Shown here: positions 35,919 to 35,924 of the stretch, one piece after another
Position numbering within the stretch: position 1 is the first letter of the stretch
Layout: each line of letters starts with the position of its first letter
Notes under the pieces: model-generated
What the model was told of the DNA's origin: nothing
The model's input: only the letters and a program-made list of their open reading frames with translations
Databases searched by the model: none
Made by a program: the position numbers and the translations under genes
Source: Octopus bimaculoides
Lineage: Eukaryota
Length of the DNA stretch: 35,924 nt
NCBI RefSeq assembly: GCF_001194135.2
Contig: NC_068999.1
Location: 53,440,761-53,476,684 of the forward strand
Direction: 5' to 3'

Positions 35919-35924
35919 TCTCTA

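Overview
This is an AT-rich, repeat-dense eukaryotic window with four assembly gaps. The repeat families look like those I recall from Octopus genomes, so the species assignment is inference and unverified. The only confidently coding sequence is one 111-nt internal exon (25506-25616, + strand) of an AMMECR1 orthologue, encoding [37 protein letters not shown] found no flanking AMMECR1 exons, so the rest of the window is probably intron. That intron sequence holds several tRNA-derived SINE families, RTE-like LINE 3' fragments ending in (GAT)n, hAT-like and piggyBac-like MITEs (one nested, one palindromic), a decayed mariner transposase, a 34-bp minisatellite and many microsatellites. Nearly all ORF-track entries are artefacts of microsatellites, repeats or N-runs. 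The best leads are all unvalidated: possible unproductive or alternative splicing around AMMECR1 (a 96-nt phase-matched cassette in a GC-rich island at ~11.6 kb, and a frameshifting upstream acceptor at 25456), and a 23-bp pre-miRNA-like hairpin at 19486-19541. I see no firm evidence for a new multi-gene system.
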